A stretch of DNA of 64,000 bases from a virus. Location: positions 21,652-85,651 of IMG/VR virus record IMGVR_UViG_3300009594_000003; one strand, 5' to 3'. A program made the position numbers and the translations under genes. Numbering within the stretch: the first letter of the stretch is position 1; every line of letters starts with the position of its first letter. The notes below the pieces were generated by a model, which did not search any database, was not told the origin of the DNA, and saw only the letters and a list, made by a program, of their open reading frames with translations. Below are positions 49,762 to 58,395 of the stretch, in pieces.

Positions 49762-50668
49762 GCATACTATAAACGACACTTTGACCTCTCTAGGTTCACT
49801 GAATGCACGAATAATAGTAGGCGATATGGGTAGCTCTGATGGCACTATAGATATCTGTAAGCGGCATGGAGCCAAGATCATGCATATCAACCCCACCTAT
49901 GACTACTCCACCGCCAAGAACCAGTTATTAGAGACCAGCAGCGAGCTAGTTTTCTCTATAAACCCTTGGGAGGTACTGGTTTTAGGTCACGACGAACTAA
50001 TAAACGCTGAGGCCCCATACCACGTTTCAATAGCCCAGAATGACCTTATTACGAAGGAACTCCGGGTTTGGCCCAAGAAGACCGGCCTCCGTTTTCAGAA
50101 CCCGGTGTTCGAGACCGTCATCTGCAACGACGCCCCTGCAATCCCGGTCCTGATCTATTCTAAAGACAAACCTGAAGACCCACGAACCGGCGAATTGATT
50201 CAGAACTGGTTAAACACAGCACCGGCTCTTTCCTCGCCCTACTACTATCAAGCCTGCCACTTTTTAATCCAACGGAAGTATGAGGATTTCGTCAGAGTAG
50301 CCGATCACTTCCTGTTCCTGAGCGAAAAAGACATGCCTGTAACAATGACCAGATACTACTACGGTCAGGTCCAGCTATACCTCAAAAGGAACTACGACAT
50401 AGCCACTAAACAGGCCATGTTGTGCATCGCACACAGACCCTTGATGGCCGAATTCTGGTGCCTCTTGGCAGACGTATGTTACTTTCTGAAAAAGTACACG
50501 AGAGCCAAGTCACTCTATCAAAACGCCATGCTTCTAGGTGAACGCAGATTAGATTCAGACTTGTGGCCGATGCAGGTATCAAAGTACAAAGAATACCCAG
50601 AAAAAATGATAAGCAACTGTACCCAAATTCTAACCAATACCAGATTATACACTGCCAAGAACATATAA
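49724..50668 (+). CDS. GT2-like glycosyltransferase with TPR-like C-terminus
   Basis: ILVKNNE, DMGSSDGT, helical repeats. Confidence 0.7.
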   Translation: MNLTANILVKNNEHTINDTLTSLGSLNARIIVGDMGSSDGTIDICKRHGAKIMHINPTYDYSTAKNQLLETSSELVFSINPWEVLVLGHDELINAEAPYHVSIAQNDLITKELRVWPKKTGLRFQNPVFETVICNDAPAIPVLIYSKDKPEDPRTGELIQNWLNTAPALSSPYYYQACHFLIQRKYEDFVRVADHFLFLSEKDMPVTMTRYYYGQVQLYLKRNYDIATKQAMLCIAHRPLMAEFWCLLADVCYFLKKYTRAKSLYQNAMLLGERRLDSDLWPMQVSKYKEYPEKMISNCTQILTNTRLYTAKNI

Positions 50669-50671
50669 GAT

Positions 50672-52108
50672 ATGAAAGAAAAGGTTATTCTACCGTTGAT
50701 TGCGTTCGTCGGCGTATTCTCACTGCTATACGTCGCTGGGCCGGCCAACAAAACTATCCAACAACCGCCAGTACATCAACAACCGTTTTGGCCGATTCAA
50801 CCACCAGGACCGATAGACCCTCTACCTTTGACCCGACCGCAGACACCACAAATCTCGGTCAAAATTCCGCCCTACCTCGCCTACCTAAAGGTCGTAGATC
50901 AGATAAAGAAGTGGAATCAGGAGGCACCTGATCTGACTGAAGTAGGCACCTATGGTAAAAGCACCAGAGGGACAGACCTCTATTACATCAGGGTGACGAA
51001 CAAGCTCAACACACAGCCTAAACCCAAAGTGTTGATTCATGCCTGTATTCACGGCAATGAACCACTGTCTACATCAGTTATGATGGGCTACATAGGGACA
51101 ATCTTAGAGGAATATGGCAAAGATCAGGCCGTTACTGAGTTACTAGACACTCGTGACATCTACTTCGTGCCGATCATATCACCCGACAGCCACCCGAACA
51201 GCAGGCATGTGGATGGCGTGGACCCCAACAGGAACTATCCAACTGAAGCCGATCCCAGCAGGAAATCGGTTGCTCCAGTACAAGCAATCCGTGAGTTCTT
51301 CCTAAAGCATCAATTTAAGGCCGTAATATCAGCACACACCTGGGGTAGAGTCTTCCTCATCCCTTACGGCGACAGGGACGCCAAATGTCCAGATTGGGAC
51401 GCCTACCAGAAGATCGTCGGCGAGATGGGCAAGATGTGTAACTACAGGATGATTCGGGCCTTCGATATGTACAAAGCAAACGGAGGGTTGAACAATCCGC
51501 CGATCAGGGTCGCTGGTGAGGAGCCGCCGTACCCCTGCTGCTACAACATGCCAATCTTTGGAAGTGAAGTGGATTGGTACTATAAAAACGGTGCATTCTC
51601 CAGTAGCCAAAATGGGGAAATTCATCAAGGTGCTTTTAGCATAGTCATGGAGATGGGTACGCACCAACGTATTCCTTCCATGCAGGACATAAAGACGGAG
51701 TTTGATATGACGTTCCGTGCCGTCCTCCACTTCATCAAAGAAGCTCCCCTCGTGGAGATATGGTGGAAGAACGGCCAGCCAGTAAACCGAGACGGCACAC
51801 CAAAGAAAATCGCTTTGAGAACTGCGGCCACAGACTATGATACTATATGCAACGGAAATCATACGAACGAGTACATGATGACGGACATGGCATCATCCGT
51901 CTCGGCAATATATCCCTCAACGACGAGAGCGTATTACCAGAAGTGGCTACTGGAGTTCTCGATAGTGATGGAGATGGGTACTCACCAGCGAATACTATCT
52001 GATGCGGATACCAAAGCTGAATTCGACAAAACTTACCGAGCTATATTGTTGTTTATTCAAGAAGGAGCGATTGCCCGCAAAAGTTATCTTGACATTCTGC
52101 TGCGATAG
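50672..52108 (+). CDS. secreted M14 zinc carboxypeptidase
   Basis: signal/TM; IHGNE, VDPNRN, SAHT, MEMG. Confidence 0.85.
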   Translation: MKEKVILPLIAFVGVFSLLYVAGPANKTIQQPPVHQQPFWPIQPPGPIDPLPLTRPQTPQISVKIPPYLAYLKVVDQIKKWNQEAPDLTEVGTYGKSTRGTDLYYIRVTNKLNTQPKPKVLIHACIHGNEPLSTSVMMGYIGTILEEYGKDQAVTELLDTRDIYFVPIISPDSHPNSRHVDGVDPNRNYPTEADPSRKSVAPVQAIREFFLKHQFKAVISAHTWGRVFLIPYGDRDAKCPDWDAYQKIVGEMGKMCNYRMIRAFDMYKANGGLNNPPIRVAGEEPPYPCCYNMPIFGSEVDWYYKNGAFSSSQNGEIHQGAFSIVMEMGTHQRIPSMQDIKTEFDMTFRAVLHFIKEAPLVEIWWKNGQPVNRDGTPKKIALRTAATDYDTICNGNHTNEYMMTDMASSVSAIYPSTTRAYYQKWLLEFSIVMEMGTHQRILSDADTKAEFDKTYRAILLFIQEGAIARKSYLDILLR

Positions 52109-52529
52109 ATTCGGCCCTCGCCTTGGCCTTCAATGCTATGCGTTTGAGTTCCTTAGCCGTTTGTTCTTCGACTTTTTTCTGTAAATCCTTGCGTTCTGTG
52201 ATGTCGGTCAAGGAGCCTATAATCACCTGATCGCCGTTTGAAGCGGTAGCACTTAGCCATTTTGTTGTGCCATCTGGTCTAGTAATCATGACCTGAAAAT
52301 CACTCACCTTACCAGTAGCGTGCAACTCCTCAATGAGTCTGGCTCGTAAAGCGGGATCATAAAGCGAAGTAGACTTGACCTTGCCTACAACGTCTTCGGG
52401 ACTATCATAGCCCAGGAGCTTTGCCCCGTATGGATTGATGTAGATAAATGTACCATCACTTTGCAGGGTTTTATACAGAGCAACCGGTGCTTCGTCGCAG
52501 AATCGTTTGTAGTCCACTAGATTTTCCAC
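52053..52529 (-). CDS. stand-alone PAS-domain protein
   Basis: DGTFIYINP..AKLLGYDSPEDVVG...RPDGTTKW...DITERK. Confidence 0.8.
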   Translation of the reverse strand: MENLVDYKRFCDEAPVALYKTLQSDGTFIYINPYGAKLLGYDSPEDVVGKVKSTSLYDPALRARLIEELHATGKVSDFQVMITRPDGTTKWLSATASNGDQVIIGSLTDITERKDLQKKVEEQTAKELKRIALKAKARAESIAAECQDNFCGQSLLLE

Positions 52530-52549
52530 AATATATTTACCATCCTGGG

Positions 52550-53077
52550 TTAGTAAATTATATCCAATTCGTTCACGATCACAGTGACTTCTTCACCATA
52601 TCTGGCAACTGCTATTTGTTTTCGGCCCGGTGCCAATCTCTTTAGTTTGACTTCCAGTTCGTTCACCGTGCAGTTAATGACCGTCCAGTAGTTATTCATC
52701 TCGCCCACCAATTCATTGATGACCACGGTGATTTGATCCTGCCAACGGGTTGCTGCGATTTGTTTACGGCCCTTGTCAAACCTGTGTAGCTTGATATCGA
52801 GTTCGTCTATGTGGCAATTGATGACATACCACCGATTCTCGGCGAGCTTCTTGACCTCTTCAGTTTCATCGGTGATATCTTTATCTGGGAAGTAGTCATG
52901 CAATTGCCTTCTCGCATCACGCAAGAGGCGGCGATAGAACTTCACATTACAGACGCAGCCAGGATTGTCTATAAACTTAGCTACGTCGTCCTTGAAATCA
53001 ATTGGCAGCGAGTCACGGAACCTAGCGTCTCTTAGGGCGGTTTTTACGTCCAGTAGAGACACCAACTTTCTTTTCAT
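52550..53077 (-). CDS. hypothetical protein with internal ~47-aa duplication
   Basis: W.VINC..ELxxKL....GRKQIA..R....TV.xNEL twice. Confidence 0.7.
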   Translation of the reverse strand: MKRKLVSLLDVKTALRDARFRDSLPIDFKDDVAKFIDNPGCVCNVKFYRRLLRDARRQLHDYFPDKDITDETEEVKKLAENRWYVINCHIDELDIKLHRFDKGRKQIAATRWQDQITVVINELVGEMNNYWTVINCTVNELEVKLKRLAPGRKQIAVARYGEEVTVIVNELDIIY

Positions 53078-53408
53078 TCCTCTCCCTTTCCTCCCTCTCG
53101 AACTCCTCTCGCAACTTGCGTTCCCTCTCTTCTCTCTCCAACTGAATCCTCTGTTGCTCTATTGCGTCCTGCGGGCTTGGTGCCTTTTTAGCACTCACCA
53201 GCCTGCCGCACTTGGGACAACGGAACTTCTTGGTTTGGTCCATGAACTTGGATTCAGCTAGCTTCTTCGTCTCAGGGTCGATGTGAGATATTTTGGTCTG
53301 TATTTTTGATCTTAGGTAAACATAGAGGCCATCTACGTCGGCGGCATTATCTGTCACCAATGTCCAATTACATATCTCGCAGTGTAGTTTATAGAAGTTA
53401 CTCATCAC
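53022..53408 (-). CDS. Zn-ribbon protein
   Basis: CEIC...CPKCG. Confidence 0.6.
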   Translation of the reverse strand: MMSNFYKLHCEICNWTLVTDNAADVDGLYVYLRSKIQTKISHIDPETKKLAESKFMDQTKKFRCPKCGRLVSAKKAPSPQDAIEQQRIQLEREERERKLREEFEREERERNEKKVGVSTGRKNRPKRR

Positions 53409-53727
53409 TTGCCTTTTCTGTAGGTTCGCCCACGCTGACCAATGCGTTGGCCTCCAAGTATGTAAGGTAGTTGGCCCCTAGAGTAGCCAGGAAGCTACCT
53501 GCACATCCAGCAGCAAAGATAACAAAGGGATTCCAACTCAACACGGTCAACCCCAGGAAGGCCCCGCACCAGAAACCGCAACATTGGTAACAGCCCACCA
53601 ACTTGCCCAGCCACGGTATACACCCTTGTAAGTAGGTGCGTACAGGCTCGAAAAGCGTGCTGTCCACAATGATATGTGTCATCCCTATAACGGCAAAACA
53701 GAAAAGCAGCAGCAATGTAATGTCCAT
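53398..53727 (-). CDS. membrane protein, DUF1360-like
   Basis: DSTLFEPVR...LVGCYQCCGFW; TM segments. Confidence 0.6.
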   Translation of the reverse strand: MDITLLLLFCFAVIGMTHIIVDSTLFEPVRTYLQGCIPWLGKLVGCYQCCGFWCGAFLGLTVLSWNPFVIFAAGCAGSFLATLGANYLTYLEANALVSVGEPTEKASDE

Positions 53728-53744
53728 TACGCAACTCCTTTTTC

Positions 53745-54175
53745 ATTGAGCAATCTAGCTTTTTGGTAGTATGATTCTCTTAGCTCTAAGTCGGCTAGGG
53801 ACAAGCCTAATCGACCGGGCCATTTGCACTTACCTGTGTAATCCAATACTAGTTTGGCCTGTTGTTTTTACAGATCAGGCAGGGGATGATTTCTGATAGA
53901 AGGGCCTCAACTTGTTTGGCCTGTAGAGTCCATCTCCAAGCTGGCTTGTGCTTCTTACCTTTCTGGAAACACACCGAACCAAGACCGGTCATTGATAGAA
54001 GTGCCTCGACAAGAGGCTTGTGTGTGTGTGTGTGTGTTAACCACCACTACCACTGTTGTGTAGTAATATCCGCACCTCCAACTCTTGGCCTTCCTCTTCA
54101 AAACGCTGACGTAACCTTCGCCATCTATTACCCCCGGCTATGTACGTCGCCTGCTCTTTAGTAATTTTCTCCAAA
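53745..54175 (-). pseudogene. LAGLIDADG homing endonuclease remnant
   Basis: YIAGVIDGEG, KPAWRW, IIPCLICK/KQQAKL; frameshifted at (CA)9 and an A-run. Confidence 0.75.
54019..54036 (+). repeat. (TG)9 microsatellite
   Basis: direct reading. Confidence 0.9.
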
Positions 54176-54178
54176 AAA

Positions 54179-54547
54179 TTACCTCCACCACACTATATAG
54201 ATTCGTTCCCTATCCCTGTCTAAGCTGAAGTTAGGAAACCGCTCATCCCCATCATTTAGGTTTTCCTCAGCAAAATCTAGCGAGAATACTTGATTACTAA
54301 CGATGTTGTAGTTCATCCGATCTACGGTAACTTCATCACCAAAAAAACTAGCCAGGATTTTTTCGTGACTGCTTTCTACACTATTCAGAAAATCCAGTAC
54401 CGAACGACGACCCATGTTCTTCAAGGAAGGGAGCATTTGCGATAGCTTCCACTGGTCGAACATCGGACGGAACTCAGGTAGGAGTTTTCTTACCTCCTTG
54501 TTTCGGAATACGAGTTCCTCTACGTTGTCCAGATTTAACACAAGCAT
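54179..54547 (-). CDS. hypothetical protein
   Basis: 122-aa ORF. Confidence 0.6.
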   Translation of the reverse strand: MLVLNLDNVEELVFRNKEVRKLLPEFRPMFDQWKLSQMLPSLKNMGRRSVLDFLNSVESSHEKILASFFGDEVTVDRMNYNIVSNQVFSLDFAEENLNDGDERFPNFSLDRDRERIYIVWWR

Positions 54548-54598
54548 ACTATGTTAGATTAGTCTGATCTAACGAAATTCAAGAAAGAGGAGAATAAT

Positions 54599-55735
54599 AT
54601 GGCCGATGAGAAAACATTTCGTCCACAACGAAAGAGCATAGCACCTTCAGAGGTATCCAATGAAGGGCAAGAGGCATTGCAGGCCGCACAAAACATTCGT
54701 GAAGCCGCCGCTACCGAGGTAGGCGAAGCAGTAGATCACCCAGGCGGTGGATTCCAAATCCAGGGCAATATGCCTCCAGAGTTCCAGGCTGCTCTAGCCA
54801 AGAACAGAAACCCCCAGGCTCAGAATGCCGACTTCGGCACAACCCAGAAGGAATCCAAAATGTCTCCCACCAGGAGACCAACTCCTGTAGCACCACCAAA
54901 CACCACCATGCGTGTAACTGGTAGTGCTAGATTAGAAGAGTTGATTAACAACGCCAAGCAACATCACGTAACCTGGGAAGAACTCAAACTCCCGTCTAAG
55001 GGCGTGTTCTATAACGGCGATGACGGGCCTACTGACGGCATTATCCACGTTAGACCGATGACTGGAGAAGAAGAACAGATTTTGGCTACCCCCAGATTCG
55101 TGAAGAAGGGGCAGGCTGTGAACATGATCTTCAACCGTTGTATCAAGGAAGGGTTTGATTCATCCAACTTCTTGACGGCTGACAGAACCTACCTTCTCAT
55201 TTTCCTCCGTGGTATTTCGTATAGCCCGGATTACGATGTCGAGGTCAAGTGTCCGTTCACCGACAAACAGTTCACCACGACGATCAACCTAGCTACGTTG
55301 TTCCTCGAACAGTGTCCTTTGAACTTCGGCCCACAAAGCCTGCAAGGAACACTGCCGACCACCGGCTACAACTTCACCTACAGACTGCCGACTGGTGCTG
55401 ACGAGCAGAGGATTCAGGAGTACCGAGATCACAAGGCGAAGTTCGATGTCGGCAACAATTCCGACGACACCCTGATCTACAGGACCGCCTTGCTATTGAA
55501 CGACATCGAAGGTCTGACGGACAAGAGTGAAATACAAGAACTCTTGCGTCACCTACCTATCGGCGACGTAGCTCACTTGAGGAACTGTGTCAACGAGCCT
55601 CCGTTCGGTGTGGATACCAAGGTGAGTATCATCAGTCCGTTCAACATGGAAGAGTTCGAGCTAGAATTACCGCTCGAAGCAAATTTTTTCTTCCCAAGGG
55701 CAAGGAAGACGACCCAGAATACGACCCAAGCATAG
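54599..55735 (+). CDS. baseplate hub assembly protein/tail chaperone (T4 gp26-like)
   Basis: LPSKG.FY, RPMTGEEEQIL, DRTYLLIFLR.ISY, CP, C-terminal NFF. Confidence 0.75.
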   Translation: MADEKTFRPQRKSIAPSEVSNEGQEALQAAQNIREAAATEVGEAVDHPGGGFQIQGNMPPEFQAALAKNRNPQAQNADFGTTQKESKMSPTRRPTPVAPPNTTMRVTGSARLEELINNAKQHHVTWEELKLPSKGVFYNGDDGPTDGIIHVRPMTGEEEQILATPRFVKKGQAVNMIFNRCIKEGFDSSNFLTADRTYLLIFLRGISYSPDYDVEVKCPFTDKQFTTTINLATLFLEQCPLNFGPQSLQGTLPTTGYNFTYRLPTGADEQRIQEYRDHKAKFDVGNNSDDTLIYRTALLLNDIEGLTDKSEIQELLRHLPIGDVAHLRNCVNEPPFGVDTKVSIISPFNMEEFELELPLEANFFFPRARKTTQNTTQA

Positions 55736-55752
55736 AGCTTTGGCAGTCATTG

Positions 55753-55923
55753 ATGGAGGAGATATTCTTCTTCCAGTATCATCTACACCTGAGCAGAGAC
55801 GACTGCATGGTGATGCCGATCAACGAACGCAAGTGGATGATCGAGCGTTTCATCAAGCAGAAGCAGCGTGAAAACGAGGCTATGGAAGCTGCTCGCAGAA
55901 AGGCTAAGTCGAAGGCAAGATAA
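55753..55923 (+). CDS. gp51-like small protein in the -1 frame of the gp26-like gene
   Basis: EEIFFFQYHLH.S...MPINERKWMIER. Confidence 0.65.
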   Translation: MEEIFFFQYHLHLSRDDCMVMPINERKWMIERFIKQKQRENEAMEAARRKAKSKAR

Positions 55924-55926
55924 GAC

Positions 55927-56661
55927 ATGGCAACCAAAGAGAGAAACCAAAATGCAGTTGCAGGAGACACGCTCACACTGAGACAGTTCTTCTACAACTC
56001 CAATAACTTCGCCGATGTGATCAAAGTCGAGAAAGTAGAAATCTACTTCTTCGACAAAGAAGAAATCACTGAGGAGAACCCAAAGGGACTTCGTTTGGTA
56101 GAGACTATCGATGGTTCTCTTGTAACTCATGATGAAACTGGCAAGTACAGTGCGGTTCTAACGCTGGACGGCAGGTACGGCATAGGCAAGTATACAGACG
56201 TATGGACGGTGAACGTCGAAGCAACTCACCCGAAGATCACCATCAACGCCGGTTTCAATGTCTACTCCAACCTGTGGTATTCATCTCCTTCGCCCATAGT
56301 ATATGACTTTAACTTCCGGTTCCGACCAAACAAACTCAAGATAGGTTCCAAGCGTCACCTAATCATTGAAGTAGAACCCAACGTACCGACTGGCTCCAAT
56401 CTGGCGAAGTATTATGAAAATCTCGCCATAGCATCTCCCTTGAGAATTTCAATAGAACAGGCGTGTGGACCCTGTTTGCCAGAGGAGCAAGATTTAAGAC
56501 TTATAGTTGACAGAGAATCTGTGGACTATAGAGATAAGGGCCGAGGGTTCTACTTCTTTGATACTTCGGAGCTAGACTGCGGAATCTATAATGTCTGGTT
56601 TGAAATGGAGTTCGGCGGAAATACATACATTTCCGACAAGCAGCAGTTGCAGATTTACTAG
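55927..56661 (+). CDS. putative virion protein (beta-rich)
   Basis: 244-aa ORF in the tail module. Confidence 0.6.
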   Translation: MATKERNQNAVAGDTLTLRQFFYNSNNFADVIKVEKVEIYFFDKEEITEENPKGLRLVETIDGSLVTHDETGKYSAVLTLDGRYGIGKYTDVWTVNVEATHPKITINAGFNVYSNLWYSSPSPIVYDFNFRFRPNKLKIGSKRHLIIEVEPNVPTGSNLAKYYENLAIASPLRISIEQACGPCLPEEQDLRLIVDRESVDYRDKGRGFYFFDTSELDCGIYNVWFEMEFGGNTYISDKQQLQIY

Positions 56662-56694
56662 TAACGTGCCACGATGACAGAGGAGGTTAGACCA

Positions 56695-57447
56695 ATGAGA
56701 AATTCCTGGCTAGGCGACTACTATTTCAACATCCTGCAAAGCCCAGAGGCTTTCAGAGCGGCACTCGATCAATACATAGAATGCCCAGATGAAACTGCAA
56801 TAGCCAAATTGGAAGGTGTGTTGCGATGTCTATTAGGCATCGTCCTAGAAAACCATAAGCCGCCGATTGAAATATGTTCTGGAGGGTGCAACGAATGCAT
56901 TGTCGATTGCCTCAATCGAGCTAGAAAATGTGATTGCTCACCGGCAAAGTATTTCACCGTAGTAATGCTGAGGCATCTACGTCAATACGTCCAGCCAACC
57001 GCCGCCCCGTCTGATAAGGATTTCAATTGGTTCGCTACGATCAACGACGGTCGTATTTGCTTCTCCATTCCTGTCCACCCATATAACTTACCTGAAAAAC
57101 TAGCTTCCCAAAGCGATGTCGAACTACTGATTATCAACGATGGCTCCCCCTTCTTCACGCCCTTCTCCCGCTGGCTATCAAGCTCCTACAAATACCCACA
57201 ACTAGCAGACATCACAATCACTTGTTACGACAAAGAAGGTAAAATCCGGAAGTCTGTCTTGCTACAAGACGCCAAGCACACCAAAGTTTCTATGCTAGAC
57301 CCAGAATACTTCTCTTCATCAACACTTGGAATGGAAATCATGTTCAACTACAGAAAGGCATTATATGACGATGAAAAATTACTGGCTAGACATGGACAAA
57401 GCCGAAAAAAGACGCAAGCTCAAATGGCAACAAGAGAGGGAGCATAG
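56695..57447 (+). CDS. hypothetical protein with tube-like C-terminal domain
   Basis: GAGGAGG RBS; DITITCYD..G...LDPEY.SS...IMFNY. Confidence 0.5.
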   Translation: MRNSWLGDYYFNILQSPEAFRAALDQYIECPDETAIAKLEGVLRCLLGIVLENHKPPIEICSGGCNECIVDCLNRARKCDCSPAKYFTVVMLRHLRQYVQPTAAPSDKDFNWFATINDGRICFSIPVHPYNLPEKLASQSDVELLIINDGSPFFTPFSRWLSSSYKYPQLADITITCYDKEGKIRKSVLLQDAKHTKVSMLDPEYFSSSTLGMEIMFNYRKALYDDEKLLARHGQSRKKTQAQMATREGA

Positions 57448-57991
57448 AGACGCCGAACAAATAAAAAAGGCCAACCTCAAAGAAGTCCATATAGAGCCGC
57501 CGAAAAAAGGAGAGAACACAGTAAAGACAAATCTGAATGAAGAGAAACGCATCTCAATAGGGATGCAGGATCACCCAGGATTCAAAGCCAACTATGTCTG
57601 GCCCCGCTCGTTCCGGTTCTTGCTGACTCCGAAATCCCGTCCTGAACTCCAATACTTCTTCAGGAATGTAGAAATCAACTACGCCTGGAAGTCTCTAGAA
57701 CTACAAATCTACGATACCACTGACGGCACCGCCCACGATTGGGTTCAGTACCTACTCGAAGAAAATGCCAAGAAACACGAGGAACTGAAATTGATCATTG
57801 TAAATAGTCTGGGAACGCCGTTGTACCGTTACAGATTCTCCGGTCTCCAGGTTGTGGCCCACGACCTGAAATTCGATTACGAATCGAGCGACGTGGCTAC
57901 ACACACCATTTTACTTGAGTTCAAGAACATGCGGAGATCAACGGTCGTGCATCCAAAGAAAGCCAGTGATCTAGATTTTCTGATCCACTAG
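57371..57991 (+). CDS. divergent tail-tube-fold protein
   Basis: FRFLL, W, G.PLYRYRF, FDYESSD..T..LEF. Confidence 0.55.
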   Translation: MKNYWLDMDKAEKRRKLKWQQEREHRDAEQIKKANLKEVHIEPPKKGENTVKTNLNEEKRISIGMQDHPGFKANYVWPRSFRFLLTPKSRPELQYFFRNVEINYAWKSLELQIYDTTDGTAHDWVQYLLEENAKKHEELKLIIVNSLGTPLYRYRFSGLQVVAHDLKFDYESSDVATHTILLEFKNMRRSTVVHPKKASDLDFLIH

Positions 57992-58029
57992 AAGGTACAG
58001 ATCGACAAAGAAGTGGCAAAACAACGTGA

Positions 58030-58235
58030 GTGAACTACCCCGACCCTAAAGGGTCGGGGCTTCTCGCTTCATCCCTGTCGCTCCTTTAGTTCCGAAGAAC
58101 TAAAGCGACGTGGTTTTACAGGTCTGCAATAACGCTCGCAATAGGTGATACCATCCTTGGTCCTGTCCTATGAGCGGTTTCATCCCCTACCCTAAAGGGC
58201 TACAATGTAGGGGCTTTCACTGCCGAAGAACGATA
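58030..58235. mobile_element. non-autonomous IS200/IS605-derived element (ends only)
   Basis: GTGAACTACCCCGACCCTAAAGGGTCGGGGCTT and TTCATCCCCTACCCTAAAGGG...GTAGGGGCTTT hairpins. Confidence 0.65.
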
Positions 58236-58367
58236 AAAAAGAAGACCCCGGCAGAGCAACAAAGGATGCTGGGGTCTCTTGCTACTTGTTTCCCGTCCGT
58301 GGCAAGTGCATTCCTTATCTATCTATAGACGGCAAATTTATTTCCGGTTTCGATTTTTTCCAAACAC

Positions 58368-58395
58368 TTTACACACAGTCCTTTTGCACTACAAT
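58368..58395 (+). promoter_or_regulatory. early-type promoter
   Basis: TTTACA-N16-TACAAT. Confidence 0.6.
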
